Shown here piece after piece: positions 41,720 to 52,321 of a DNA stretch of 57,013 bases. Both the position numbers and the translations under genes were made by a program. How positions within the stretch are numbered: the stretch's first letter is position 1; each line of letters starts with the position of its first letter. Origin of the DNA: a virus (Duplodnaviria; Caudoviricetes); the IMG/VR virus record IMGVR_UViG_3300033148_007689, positions 1 through 57,013 of that record; one strand, given 5' to 3'. The notes under the pieces are model-generated. The model saw only the letters and a program-made list of their open reading frames with translations. It was not told the DNA's origin and did not search any database.

Positions 41720-42895
41720 TTATCTCCCGTTTAACCTAATTAATCTCTTAGAAGCTATCCTACAATATTCTATTTCTTTCTCTATTAAGAGACATTTTCG
41801 TTTCTGTTTCTTGCAAGCTAATCCTGTCGTACCACTACCACTAAACGGATCCAAGACTATCCCACCCGTAGGAGTCTTGGTCAGCTTAACAAGATATTCC
41901 ATAAGAGATAAAGGTTTGACTGCAGGATGTTTATTATATTTCCCACGTTCAGATTTTGAGGCCTTAGCGCAGTAGTAAAAGCGAGAGGCTCCTGTTCGAC
42001 TATCTCTATAGGCAGGATTAGTACCTTGAGATACTAAACCAAACATCCCCTTAATTTCCCTATTAGTTACATTATCTCCTGTTTTACACTTCCCACTCTG
42101 CTCATCCAGCATCTCTGCTGCTTCTTCATCAAGGATAAGGTTTGCAGGAAAACGACCTTGAGGCGGAGTTATTTTATTATCACCATATATCTTAGCCTCT
42201 GTATATTGATTAGACTTATAAACCCTTTTAGCTGAACCAGAAGGTTGGGCTTCACCGTTAAGGGGTATCCTCCCTCCATTAATATTTAATCCTCCTACGC
42301 CCCACTTTAAGGCATTATTGGCAAAAGTACCATCAAGAGGCTTCATAGCTACTACGATAGGTTCCCATGCTGGTTTCATGGCAGTACCATAGCCATTCCA
42401 GGCTTGGGCTTCAGGAGTAGTTACATTTTTTATAGTAAAGTTTTTACCAACCTTCCCAGATTTATATAAATCCTCTTTAACATTAGGTCTCGACACCGGA
42501 CTAACAATTTTAGTATCCTCTAACTCTATACCTTGTAGTTTTTGTATACTTTTTGCTATATCTAACGACTTAGGAAATCCACTCCCATAAAGCCACATCA
42601 GACAATCCCTTATTTCCCATCCTGCATCCTCTATAGCACAGGTCAAACGATGAAAGGTACGAGTTCCACCAAAGGCAAGGAGAAAAGCTCCTGGTTTAGC
42701 TACTTGTAAACACTCAACCCATGTTTCTTTACTTGGCAATGTCTTATCCCAGTCTTTACCCATGAACTTTAATGCATAGGGAGGGTCTGTTATTATACTG
42801 TCAATGGAATTAGGCTCCATTTGTCGCATAATATTTAGGTTATTACCGTTATATAATGTACAGTAATCATCTTGGTAAAAAACGTCTAACTCCAT
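41720..42895 (-). CDS. DNA amino-methyltransferase (beta class, DPPY)
   Basis: ITDPPY, HPAVKP, LDPFSGSGTT. Confidence 0.9.
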   Translation of the reverse strand: MELDVFYQDDYCTLYNGNNLNIMRQMEPNSIDSIITDPPYALKFMGKDWDKTLPSKETWVECLQVAKPGAFLLAFGGTRTFHRLTCAIEDAGWEIRDCLMWLYGSGFPKSLDIAKSIQKLQGIELEDTKIVSPVSRPNVKEDLYKSGKVGKNFTIKNVTTPEAQAWNGYGTAMKPAWEPIVVAMKPLDGTFANNALKWGVGGLNINGGRIPLNGEAQPSGSAKRVYKSNQYTEAKIYGDNKITPPQGRFPANLILDEEAAEMLDEQSGKCKTGDNVTNREIKGMFGLVSQGTNPAYRDSRTGASRFYYCAKASKSERGKYNKHPAVKPLSLMEYLVKLTKTPTGGIVLDPFSGSGTTGLACKKQKRKCLLIEKEIEYCRIASKRLIRLNGR

Positions 42896-43751
42896 TTTTA
42901 TTCTTTTATCTTAGAGATACATGATAATTAAAAAACACCCCTGATAGGAAACTTAAGCACCAAGCTTGTCCCAAACTTATCTCTTTTAAATCAAACAGAT
43001 AAGGCATCACGTAGTCCCAACACCATTTAACTGGACAGGCTACGAGTATTGAGAGGAGCCCTAGTATTAGGACACCTCCTATAAATATAGTTATAGCTTC
43101 TACAACTTTATCCATATTGCCTCCTTATTAAAACACTTTTGTTAGAAATACCAGAAAGCTCCAACACCCTCTCTATGTGCCTCTTTGTCCATGTCATCGG
43201 AAATTCTTCATAGTTACTTCGTATGCGATCAGAAGAAACACCCCTTAAAAGAGCTTTTAAAGCACGTCCTGCAGCCTTATTTTTACCAACACGACCATCA
43301 AACCTATCAAGGATGCTACAGATAGCCCATCCTTGACCAACAACCCCAGCTTCAGTTGTGATCTTACAAGTTACAAACTTAGGATATTCGACAGAGAAGT
43401 CTACTGATACTGGCTTTAGTTCTAATATTGACCCTATTAGTTTTTTATTTAAACCTTTCATCCACTTATTCTTTTTTTTATCCCTTTTCATTTGTCCCCT
43501 CCTTTGCTAAGTTGCCCATCTTTTTGAGTCAGTTATATAGGCTTGTTAGTTTTATCTTGGTCTTCCAAATACCATTCTGCAAATTTCTTGAAGCTTCTAT
43601 GATCTATTTTTATTCGCACATAGGGTTCAATCTCCAAGATAACACCTGATGAATCAATTATTATTTTTTTATTATTGAAAGCAATACCTTGAGCATCCAA
43701 TTCTTCAACATCAGTCACGCTTCTACAATTACACGGTTTCATAATTTACCT

Positions 43752-44531
43752 CTAAGAAAACAACCTTTGCTGAGCCAGACGTTTTTTGGCTATTTCACAG
43801 TAGGGTTCTGATAATTCTATACCTATCCATCTTCTGCCTAATTTCTCACAGGCAGCTGCTGTCGTACCCGAACCTAGAAACGGATCAAGAATTAAATCAT
43901 CTTGCCAAGTATAAAGTTTTGTCAATCTGTAAGGTAATTCCTCTGGGAAAGGAGCAGGATGGATTCTGCTGCGTTCTGGGGCAAAATACCAGCAATTTGT
44001 GGTAAATTTCATAAATTCTTCTATAGAAATATCATTTTGTCCTTTCTTATCTATTCTCTTATGATTTTTCTTATCCATTATAATAATAAATTCTGAGGCA
44101 TCTCTTAAATAGGGACAACTTGGGCTTCGCCAACTCCCCCAAGCAGTAGACCTCCCAGGGGGTTGAAAGTTAGGGGCTTTTACCCAACTAATCCATTCTC
44201 TGTCTATAAAACCAATTTCTCTCATTATCAAAACATAATCTAAGGTTAAATATGCCATTCTCGATTTAGAACTTTGAAGAATAGAGCTTAGTAAATTTAT
44301 GCTCATACGTCCCCCATTTATCAAAACTCTATAGCACTCAATTAAAACTTCTTTCATAAAAGAAAGATATTCTTTATAATTCCTTCTATCATTAGTTCCA
44401 TAATTCATTCCAACATTATAAGGGGGAGAAGTAATGATACAATCTATACTTTCATCAGGAATATCCTTCATTACTTCCAGACAATCTCCACAGAAAAGCT
44501 TTCCCAACCTGGTCTCAAAGTAAGGCTTCAT
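43752..44531 (-). CDS. DNA N4-cytosine-type methyltransferase (SPPY)
   Basis: [22 protein letters not shown]. Confidence 0.9.
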   Translation of the reverse strand: MKPYFETRLGKLFCGDCLEVMKDIPDESIDCIITSPPYNVGMNYGTNDRRNYKEYLSFMKEVLIECYRVLINGGRMSINLLSSILQSSKSRMAYLTLDYVLIMREIGFIDREWISWVKAPNFQPPGRSTAWGSWRSPSCPYLRDASEFIIIMDKKNHKRIDKKGQNDISIEEFMKFTTNCWYFAPERSRIHPAPFPEELPYRLTKLYTWQDDLILDPFLGSGTTAAACEKLGRRWIGIELSEPYCEIAKKRLAQQRLFS

Positions 44532-44551
44532 ATCATTTCCTCATATTTTCA

Positions 44552-45574
44552 TCACTCTTTTCCTTCATAAAATTCTGGATACCTATCAAACCTTAACTCA
44601 GAATGCTTCTCCAAAAAGGATTCAATCTCAAACTCATTTACTTTTTCTTTGTCTTTATAAATTAAAGTATGAGACTTCATAGTTTTAAACTCCTGCTTGT
44701 TCTTAGGTACTAGATAATTTCTATCTGCTAACAATCTTGCATACCCACCATAATAGGGAACTCCACTCTCATAGAAAAAAGGAACATAGCAATTTCGGTA
44801 GCATGGACCAAGTCTTGTTTTTATGACCTCAATACCCAACCAACTACCTATAACTTCGTTGCCTTTTTTCTCATCTATTATCTTTCTTTTATCCTCTAAT
44901 GCAAATCTAACCGTGTTAAAATACTTAAGTCCTTCCCCACCACTAGCTCGTTTAGGATCTCCGAAACTTACACCTACAGCATAATAAAAGTGGTTAACTA
45001 TTAGGACCATTACCTTATCATCTATATATCCCAACAACTTTCTCAGACCATCTTTAGTGCTCTTTTGTTTTCTTCCAGAATCTGACTTCTCTAAGTCTAC
45101 ATCTTTATCAAAAGCTGATATTGAATCTATTATTACTACTATATGTCTATCTTCATCCTGAGCACGTATTACCTCTATGGAATCTAGGATAAAAGAAAAA
45201 GCATCTGAAACTAATAAGACATCTTTAGGAAGAGCTCTGATAACCTTATCTGTATCTATACCTAATTCCCTAGCTCGCTTATCCATAAAAGCTTTTTCTC
45301 TATCTACTACTATACCAATAGCTCCATACTTTTTTTGAGCATTGGCCAAAATGATCTGGCAAAAAAGGCTCTTGCCAGATTGAGAAAAACCAATGAACTC
45401 AACACTTGAACCAAAAGGAACTCCTCCGTCTGCAATTAAATCAAATGCTAAATTCCCTGTAGAGACCATTTCTAGTTTTTCCTCTTCGTTGGAAGAAGAA
45501 ACAATTGATACTCCAGAATATTTCTTCTTTAGAAGTTCTGTTACTTTAGATAAATTAATCTCTTTATTAGTCAT
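44552..45574 (-). CDS. RecA/UvsX-like recombinase
   Basis: STGN..GGVP..GFSQSGKS, IIDSI, SGGEGLKY. Confidence 0.88.
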   Translation of the reverse strand: MTNKEINLSKVTELLKKKYSGVSIVSSSNEEEKLEMVSTGNLAFDLIADGGVPFGSSVEFIGFSQSGKSLFCQIILANAQKKYGAIGIVVDREKAFMDKRARELGIDTDKVIRALPKDVLLVSDAFSFILDSIEVIRAQDEDRHIVVIIDSISAFDKDVDLEKSDSGRKQKSTKDGLRKLLGYIDDKVMVLIVNHFYYAVGVSFGDPKRASGGEGLKYFNTVRFALEDKRKIIDEKKGNEVIGSWLGIEVIKTRLGPCYRNCYVPFFYESGVPYYGGYARLLADRNYLVPKNKQEFKTMKSHTLIYKDKEKVNEFEIESFLEKHSELRFDRYPEFYEGKE

Positions 45575-45643
45575 ATTGTCCCCCCGAAAGCCAACCTTTA
45601 TATTCTCATGTTCTTACTGCTTTCCCTACATTCTCTTCTACCA

Positions 45644-46054
45644 TTATTTGTTATCTGGCTCATTTGGACTATTAGATCGCCATTTTCCAATCAAAATATC
45701 CTGAGCCTTAGCGATTTGATCTTCATTGAAAAATTGCAATAACAACTTTCTTATTTCGCTATATTTCATTTTCTCTGTTTTTTTACAATTCCACATTGAA
45801 AAACTAAGCAACTCAACACACAATCTCAAAGGATATTCTATTTCTGATAGCGTCCTTGATTGATTGTATAATAGTTCTGTTTCTTCTCTACTGAGTACAC
45901 GGTCGAATGTTTGAACATCTTGGAAAGCCTGATTTACATCTACATAGGTTAACTTACCATCAATGTAAAGCTTGTTATTGACAATTTGAACACCATGGAA
46001 TTTACCATCTTCAAAAAAACACTGTGCAATTTCGTTAAAGTTTTTTAGCCACAT
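45644..46054 (-). CDS. Hypothetical protein sharing a C-terminal domain with 55419-55802
   Basis: EIxYPxRLC..FSxW..KKTE..EIxKxLLxFF. Confidence 0.65.
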   Translation of the reverse strand: MWLKNFNEIAQCFFEDGKFHGVQIVNNKLYIDGKLTYVDVNQAFQDVQTFDRVLSREETELLYNQSRTLSEIEYPLRLCVELLSFSMWNCKKTEKMKYSEIRKLLLQFFNEDQIAKAQDILIGKWRSNSPNEPDNK

Positions 46055-46074
46055 ATTATTTCTCCTTCTTTAAA

Positions 46075-46136
46075 GTATAACATATTGGCTGATCTGCAGT
46101 GGCCTTTTGCCATCAGAGTCAAGTAGCTGATCAGAG
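46075..46136 (-). other. attC-like site (degenerate R'')
   Basis: ..CTGATGGCAAAAGGCCACTGCAGATCAGCCAATAT-GTTATAC; overlaps the stop of 46131-46322. Confidence 0.5.
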
Positions 46137-46322
46137 CTCTTTCAATATTTTTGCAAACTCGTTTTTAGCTACTTTTTCGTATTTCTTAGCCCACTCTTTA
46201 CCGTTCTCTCCCCAGAAATCTCGAAAGCCAATGATAAATTCAAACATCTTGCCTCTTGCAAATGCTTCTCTCACCATTTCTTTTACTACCAGTTCAGTAA
46301 TATCTGTAGTGTTATTAGCCAT
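46131..46322 (-). CDS. Cassette-like hypothetical ORF
   Basis: Bounded by attC-like sites. Confidence 0.55.
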   Translation of the reverse strand: MANNTTDITELVVKEMVREAFARGKMFEFIIGFRDFWGENGKEWAKKYEKVAKNEFAKILKEL

Positions 46323-46370
46323 ATTTATTCAAACCCCTAGTGAACAGCCTTTTACACTTTGCCGTAAGAC

Positions 46371-46427
46371 ATTTAACGTTAAGTTCAGCGGGAGGCTTTT
46401 GTGCTCTGCTAAAACGACTTGTTATAT
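46371..46427 (-). other. attC-like recombination site (57 bp)
   Basis: ATATAAC-AAGTCGTTTTAGCAGA..CCGCTGAACTTAAC-GTTAAAT; upstream gene stop lies in R''. Confidence 0.75.
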
Positions 46428-46682
46428 CTTTCTCCATCCCTTGTCAGTTACCTGATATTTTGTGCCATCCGACATTTCCACAATATCACCATTATCGTGG
46501 AGATTTAGCGCAACGAGTTGTTTTGTTTTCTTTGCTATGGCCGACATCTTTTTCTGGGGGGTCATCGACAGATTTTCCAAAAGAACATTTTTTCTGTCCA
46601 TGACTACTATTTTTTCACCAAATGCCTTTTTTATTGCTTCAACCGTCTCTTCATTCATTGGCTTTTCAAATTGCATACTCAT
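46422..46682 (-). CDS. Cassette-like hypothetical ORF (MSMQFEK...)
   Basis: SD AGGAG just after R' GTTATAC; TAA within the next R''. Confidence 0.65.
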   Translation of the reverse strand: MSMQFEKPMNEETVEAIKKAFGEKIVVMDRKNVLLENLSMTPQKKMSAIAKKTKQLVALNLHDNGDIVEMSDGTKYQVTDKGWRKI

Positions 46683-46703
46683 ATCTTTTCTCCTTTGTCT
46701 AGA

Positions 46704-46837
46704 GTATAACATTTAGGGCAACTTGCGAGAAATAAATGACTCCCACCCTAATTAAGACGCCCCCCAATTACTTATTTTGATACCTTCATTTCTATTGCCA
46801 TCATTTATTTCTCATCAAGCTTACCCATTTGCTATGC
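46704..46837 (-). other. Long attC-like site
   Basis: GCATAGC..GAGAAATAAATGA/TCATTTATTTCTC stem..GTTATAC. Confidence 0.6.
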
Positions 46838-47462
46838 GTGTCCAGGTCGCTCATATCTAATTGTTATCAATTATTAAGATGCGCTCCTCCGGCTGGTACA
46901 CACCAATATGCCCTCGATGCACACATAACGATTATGGCTAACCTGCTGTGAGAAGGGGACAGAACCCCCCCTACTCGGCTCACGAACCTTCATATATGCT
47001 CTAGGTAATCCTGAACCCCACAGGTTCCCACAGTCAATTCTATCAGGTGTGCCAATAAATATGGCTCATACGTCCTCGACACTGGAGGATTGCCACTATA
47101 GCCTGCCATGCCTCCATGCGACCGTATCCTTTCCTCTGAACTGGGATAACTACAGTTTTCCACCCAGACCTCCATCATTTATCGGCACACTTAACAGTCA
47201 TAGTTTTATCTATCTCAATTTCTCTGTTTTAATTGATTTACTCCGAAATCTCTGTTGATAATTATAGTTAGGTGCTCCCTTGTTTTTATCACCCACTCCA
47301 TCGGTTGACATGTTTTTTCTTTTTGTATTAGCTGCCCTGCACCACTGACATAGGAATATGGGATATTTCTTTCCTTTCCAGCTGTATTCACCAACCACTT
47401 TTACTTCTCGTTTCTTATTGCAGTTAAAACAATATCGTATCATAGAGAACCCCTTCCTAACC

Positions 47463-48044
47463 TTAAGCAAAAGTTTTATTCTCTGCAAGCAATTTTAAGC
47501 TTTCTCGTATATCCCTCCCATCAATGTCATATCCTATTGCATCCCAGCCCTCTCGCATTTGCCTTGCAAATATATCAACTTTATTTTCAGCTAAGGATTC
47601 TACCATCTCATAAAATTTATCTGGTTTTTGGGAATGCTTAATATTTGGTGCTGAAAAGGCCAAAGGGATTAGTGGTCGCCTCGGCCATAAATCAGGTTTT
47701 CTCTTATACCCAACCAATATAAATTCAACATTCCACCTGAAACCAAATAATGGCATCCCAGCAGATTTACCATATGTTTTTTCCCATACACCTGTAGCAA
47801 GGTAACTAAAGCCCCACGCTTCTGCTATCTCTTTTGCATCAAAAAGAAACTTTTGTGTAGTCCATAGGAATAGCCAACAATTATTATCAGCAATATTATT
47901 TATGGGTAAAGACTTAATCTCTTGTATGCTCATAGTCTCATAATCCATTGTTACCTGTTTTGACCTTGCCTTACGTGTAAGTTTCTTTACCTGCCAGGGT
48001 GGATCAACAACAATTAGCCCATATTTTTTTAGTGGTTCACTCAT
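47463..48044 (-). CDS. MT-A70-family DNA methyltransferase
   Basis: IVVDPPW, LFLWTT, HSQKP, DIFAR. Confidence 0.88.
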   Translation of the reverse strand: MSEPLKKYGLIVVDPPWQVKKLTRKARSKQVTMDYETMSIQEIKSLPINNIADNNCWLFLWTTQKFLFDAKEIAEAWGFSYLATGVWEKTYGKSAGMPLFGFRWNVEFILVGYKRKPDLWPRRPLIPLAFSAPNIKHSQKPDKFYEMVESLAENKVDIFARQMREGWDAIGYDIDGRDIRESLKLLAENKTFA

Positions 48045-48755
48045 TTCTTTCCTCTTGCTTTAATTTATTCATCACCTCAATTACCTGGCGATCCACTTCC
48101 ATAGACACAGCGTAGATATCTGCTACAAGCCCAACCTTGCTTTTCCTCTGTTTAGCTTCTTCTAAAATTAGAGTTACTATTTCAGTAATTCTATTCTGAT
48201 TTACAGTCAAGTCTATCATCTCCACATACACTCCCGCATAAGGTCTTGCCACCACTGGATAGTACCTTTCATGCCGTACCAAAGAAAAGCAATAGGCGTA
48301 CCCATGATGGCGACTATGAGGAGAAGAATGTTAAAGATAGTGTTACTAACTTTCTGGTTCATAATTGCTCATTCCCTATCTATTATAGTTTACTTCACGC
48401 AGTGTTCTTAAATATCGAAACCGAATCCTACATAATGGTGTCCATCTATACCCAAATAGGTATAATCTTTCCCAAATAAACCACATTCCTGCCGAAGAAC
48501 TCCACTTCCCTAATCTTGGTAAAATCATTTACACCAATCCCCGCTTAATAGTATAAATTAGCTGAGAGTGATAGTCGCCATGCCTAATTGTAATTCTGAG
48601 ACATTTCCATGCAGTATCATATTTGGCTGGTAGTGTATAGCATTTAGCATGTCTTTCTCGTACACACCAAATAGCCAACCAATATTTTGTCGGCCAAAAG
48701 CGGATGTATAGAGGTAAGAATCGTTTACAGAATTTGTCAAACATTAAGCCTCCTT

Positions 48756-48912
48756 TCAAATATCCAACCTTTGCTGAGCTAAACGTTTTTTTGCTATTTG
48801 GCAATAGGGTTCTGATAATTCTATGCCAATCGCTTTACACCCTAATTTCTTTGCTACAAGAAGAGTCGTACCTGCGCCCATGAATGGATCTAAAACTGTA
48901 CCAGACTCCCAT
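48756..48912 (-). pseudogene. C-terminal fragment of a DNA methyltransferase
   Basis: [36 protein letters not shown], no in-frame start; nearly identical to the tail of 43752-44531. Confidence 0.75.
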
Positions 48913-49128
48913 TTATTTCCTGCTCGTCCATCTCTTATTTACCCCCTATGTAAATCTCTCCTTTAAATTTCTGTTAATATCGCTTATTACTGTTACTACA
49001 CTTGTCCAATCCCTTTTTTCTTCATCGTAATAAATCTTAATCTTCCAAGAATATTCGTTTTTTGCATTTCTATTTATTTCTATACTACTTTGCTTTTCTG
49101 TCTTAATTTCTTCTGCCATAACGTTCTC

Positions 49129-50049
49129 CTAATTAAACATCAGATATGATCTATATAATCCAACTATCAAACTACTCTTCTCTGGGTAACCAGTATTAGA
49201 TAAATAGTCGTATGCCCTAGATAATCTTTCTCCCTCTTCCTTGTTCTTCAAGTAATCTGATATTAATCTAGATGATATTAAATTTAACATACCCACTCTC
49301 AGAGATTCTGGGCTATTGTTTTTCAAGGCTCTGCTTAACACATCTTTAATACGGGTCCAATCCCCTCCTCCAATAATTAATTTCATGATGTCCAATGCAT
49401 CACCATTCTCTTCAAGAGAGGTCATATCTAACAGATATTTAGCCTCTACCTCATCCTCTACACTTTTTATTTTATCTAACCCTATCAGAAGTCTTCGGGG
49501 AATCCCCTCACTCTTAGAGATTAGTAATGCTTTCTTCCATTTCTGAAGAAGAATATTCTCTCTTTTACAAATTCCATCAAGTAGTTTACTACTTTCCAAA
49601 GAGGAGAGAGGTTGTACTTTAAACCTCATAAACCTTTCAACCAGTGTCCCAATTAGTTTGGCTGTAGTAGTAGTACATGCTATAACCAACACATTATCAG
49701 GTAAATTCTCTAATGGTTTTAATAATACCTGTTGTGTCTTCGGGGATAACTCATGAATTTCATCTAGTATTAAAATCTTCTCATTACCAAACAAAGATGA
49801 TTTATACAGCTTGTCTAATCTGTCCCGCATATCCTCCACTTTTGAATAGTACACACAATTTAGATCCGTGATATTTTCAGGTGAAGCACCAAATTTGTCT
49901 GCTAAGATATAGGCTAGAGTTGTTTTCCCCAAACCAGCATCTCCTTCAAACATGATTGGCTTATTCAATTCCATATTCTGAAGAGAGTTCTTGAGATAAG
50001 AATTACCTACAAATTCAGCAAATGTTTTTGGTCGATATTTAAGATGCAT
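49129..50049 (-). CDS. DnaX/clamp-loader-like AAA+ ATPase
   Basis: LKYRPKTF..GDAGLGKTT..ILDEIH..LLKPLE. Confidence 0.88.
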   Translation of the reverse strand: MHLKYRPKTFAEFVGNSYLKNSLQNMELNKPIMFEGDAGLGKTTLAYILADKFGASPENITDLNCVYYSKVEDMRDRLDKLYKSSLFGNEKILILDEIHELSPKTQQVLLKPLENLPDNVLVIACTTTTAKLIGTLVERFMRFKVQPLSSLESSKLLDGICKRENILLQKWKKALLISKSEGIPRRLLIGLDKIKSVEDEVEAKYLLDMTSLEENGDALDIMKLIIGGGDWTRIKDVLSRALKNNSPESLRVGMLNLISSRLISDYLKNKEEGERLSRAYDYLSNTGYPEKSSLIVGLYRSYLMFN

Positions 50050-50265
50050 AAAATATCCTTGTTAAAAAGAATAGGAGTGTGTCAATTAACCTAGCGGGGT
50101 CTTCCACAGCCACACACAGCGGTATTGGTATCACCCCTATTCAGAACTTTTTCTTTTAGTTTCTCTACATACCCAAGTCTCTTATCCATTCTTTCTTTTA
50201 CTTTCTTGAGAAACTCCTCATCAGTTTCTTCCTCTTCATCCTCCATTTCTGTTTCCCCTCAATAA

Positions 50266-51171
50266 TTAGGCTCCACTCTTCTCTGCCGCTTTCTTTGCTA
50301 CTATACGTGCACATGCCTTGAAATCCTTACAATTCTTACACTCTTCATCATTTTCATCAAAACATGCTTCATTACCAAAACAAGCTTCGTGCTCTTCATC
50401 AGCAGAAGGAGCTGTATCTGCGGTCTGCTCCACTTTCTCTACTTTCTCTTCCTCCTTCGCTGTATCCCACAGGGTTTGAGTATCTTCCTCTTTATATTCT
50501 AATATAGCAGTCTCACCGTTCACCTCTGCTTCTGTAACTCCCCAATGATACCACATCGGTTTCATAATCTTTTTGTTTCCTTTACCATCATCCCATGCAG
50601 GTAGTATTCTAAAGGTCAAAGTCTCATCCATTTTTAGAGTAGCTACGTTGAGGATGTCTTCTGTTTTAAGAAGCTCCAACATATTAGAAAGATTATACCT
50701 ACTATTAAGAGTTTCATCAGGAACATCATAGTCTGCTGGATTAAGAGCAGGATTAGTAGGATACTCATTAAATCCTCCGTTCCCTCTTTTCTTGGTAATC
50801 TTTATCTCCCGACCCTTTCCCTTCTTAGGGTGAGTAATGTTGCCCCACTCCTGTAGGTTTATTCCATCAAGAATAGCATTAGCAGCTTTGATACCAAGTT
50901 CAATTATAACTACTTTTGATGGGTTGCTGGGAAGTACCGCATTAACATATATTGTTGGCTTTGCGCTAAGGCGTTTTGCCATATCAATTTTGTCTTGCTC
51001 CCCACTATCAAATAGAGACTGAACCTTTTCACATACAAAGCATCTTCCCCCAATGTCTTTGTTGACCTTAGGGCAGAGAGTCCTTTGTCGCCTTCCCCTA
51101 ATCTCCGATTGAATCTCGGACTGGGCACTTATATCTAATTCCCAAGGGTCTTTATTCATTTGTTTTGCCAT
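50266..51171 (-). CDS. Probable ssDNA-binding protein (gp32-like)
   Basis: CP..CFVC, GREIKITK, FRILP motifs; acidic tail; replication-module context. Confidence 0.55.
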   Translation of the reverse strand: MAKQMNKDPWELDISAQSEIQSEIRGRRQRTLCPKVNKDIGGRCFVCEKVQSLFDSGEQDKIDMAKRLSAKPTIYVNAVLPSNPSKVVIIELGIKAANAILDGINLQEWGNITHPKKGKGREIKITKKRGNGGFNEYPTNPALNPADYDVPDETLNSRYNLSNMLELLKTEDILNVATLKMDETLTFRILPAWDDGKGNKKIMKPMWYHWGVTEAEVNGETAILEYKEEDTQTLWDTAKEEEKVEKVEQTADTAPSADEEHEACFGNEACFDENDEECKNCKDFKACARIVAKKAAEKSGA

Positions 51172-51229
51172 TTCGTTTCTCCTTTCTGTTTTTGGTTTTC
51201 AGTTTTCAATCTGTTTTTGGTTACGTTTA

Positions 51230-51257
51230 GTTATAATCATTAATTTTTGTTTGTCAA
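51230..51257 (-). promoter_or_regulatory. Early promoter
   Basis: TTGACA-AACAAAAATTAATGAT-TATAAC. Confidence 0.75.
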
Positions 51258-51320
51258 GTCTTTTTTTGATTTTAATTCGATTTGTTTTCAATTTCTTTAT
51301 CATAATAAACAGTATATTTT

Positions 51321-51842
51321 TCATTCCTGCAAAATTTTAGAAGCTCTGCCAAGCTTCGTTTCAAAATCTTCCTCTCCAAATTTTATAGCTTCACCTCCCT
51401 TCCCCTGATAGATTCGAGGCTCTGGTAACATTATATCAGAGCTTAGTTGAACTAGCTCCCGCAGTCTAAATCCTCTCCCTCTCCATGCCTCTACAAAACC
51501 TTCTAAAATAGCTGCTGTTTCTTTAGCTTCGGCGAGTCTCTTCTTGACTTTCTGGTATCTCTTATCCAGAGGTACTTTACTTTTCCGTAAAGAATCCAAA
51601 GCATAAGCAGAAAGAGGCTTCTTATTTCTTTCTGCTTCCTTATCAAATTCATCTAAAATTTCTGCTACTACAATCTCCAAATTTAGAGTTAGTCTATCTA
51701 CCTCTCGCACACTTTCAGCAAGCCATCTAAAATATTTCGCTGTCTTTTTTGGATGTGAAAGGAGCTCCCGTTCTAGGGAGAACAGGCTTGCATTGTTTAT
51801 TTTTAACTCTTCTTCAAATTCATCAAGATTTATTGTTTCCAT
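51321..51842 (-). CDS. UvsY-like recombination mediator (tentative)
   Basis: Coiled-coil with VEAWRGRGFRL; next to the SSB-like gene. Confidence 0.5.
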   Translation of the reverse strand: METINLDEFEEELKINNASLFSLERELLSHPKKTAKYFRWLAESVREVDRLTLNLEIVVAEILDEFDKEAERNKKPLSAYALDSLRKSKVPLDKRYQKVKKRLAEAKETAAILEGFVEAWRGRGFRLRELVQLSSDIMLPEPRIYQGKGGEAIKFGEEDFETKLGRASKILQE

Positions 51843-51852
51843 AACATCTCCT

Positions 51853-51880
51853 AGTATAACCATTAATTCTCATTTGTCAA
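51853..51880 (-). promoter_or_regulatory. Early promoter
   Basis: TTGACA-AATGAGAATTAATGGT-TATACT. Confidence 0.75.
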
Positions 51881-51935
51881 GAGGTAAAACCAAAAATATT
51901 CAATTTAATGTTTCACATCCAGTGTGGCTTCCCTT

Positions 51936-52112
51936 TCACTTCGGTAATAAGTCAAAAAAAGGCAAGTGGTTTGTCTCCACCACTCTTAAATCAAACATAT
52001 CCAACAGCTTTACAGCTGCTGGAGCCTTTTTAGCATCTGTAAAAAGATGGTAAAACAGCGGCAGCTCGAACTTTTCTCGTTCCAACCAAACTTTATATAT
52101 ATCTTTTTCCAT
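51936..52112 (-). CDS. 58-aa hypothetical protein following the TIGR-like array
   Basis: SD GAGGA, MEKDIYKVWLE..LLPK*. Confidence 0.5.
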   Translation of the reverse strand: MEKDIYKVWLEREKFELPLFYHLFTDAKKAPAAVKLLDMFDLRVVETNHLPFFDLLPK

Positions 52113-52134
52113 TTTTGCTTTCCTCTGTTTTCAA

Positions 52135-52314
52135 ACGCTTCCTGTCAATGGGTTTCTTATTTAAGATGGCTCGCTTACGTGCTGTGGGTTTCTTGAGACG
52201 ACTGGCTCGCTTTAAGCTTGTGGGTTCCTTCCTGATAATGGCTCACTTGTATTTTTGGGTTTCTTTACGAACTTGGCTCACTTGTCCCGCATGGGTTTCT
52301 TCGCATCTTTGGCC
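52135..52314 (-). repeat. TIGR-like dual-spacer array, five 36-nt units
   Basis: AGCCA-N9-AGAAACCCA-N9-AG(C/T)G period; in-frame TGA stops argue against coding. Confidence 0.8.
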
Positions 52315-52321
52315 TATTTCT

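Noticed and set aside
48529-48804. 91-aa ORF start at 48804
   Set aside because: 5' part overlaps the methyltransferase fragment; the real start is likely the SD-preceded ATG near 48744
52135-52314. CRISPR array or repeat-protein ORF (e.g. 52115-52387 +)
   Set aside because: Repeats are ~10 nt and alternate, spacers are 8-9 nt, no cas genes; the minus frame has TGA stops and the plus ORF opposes local transcription
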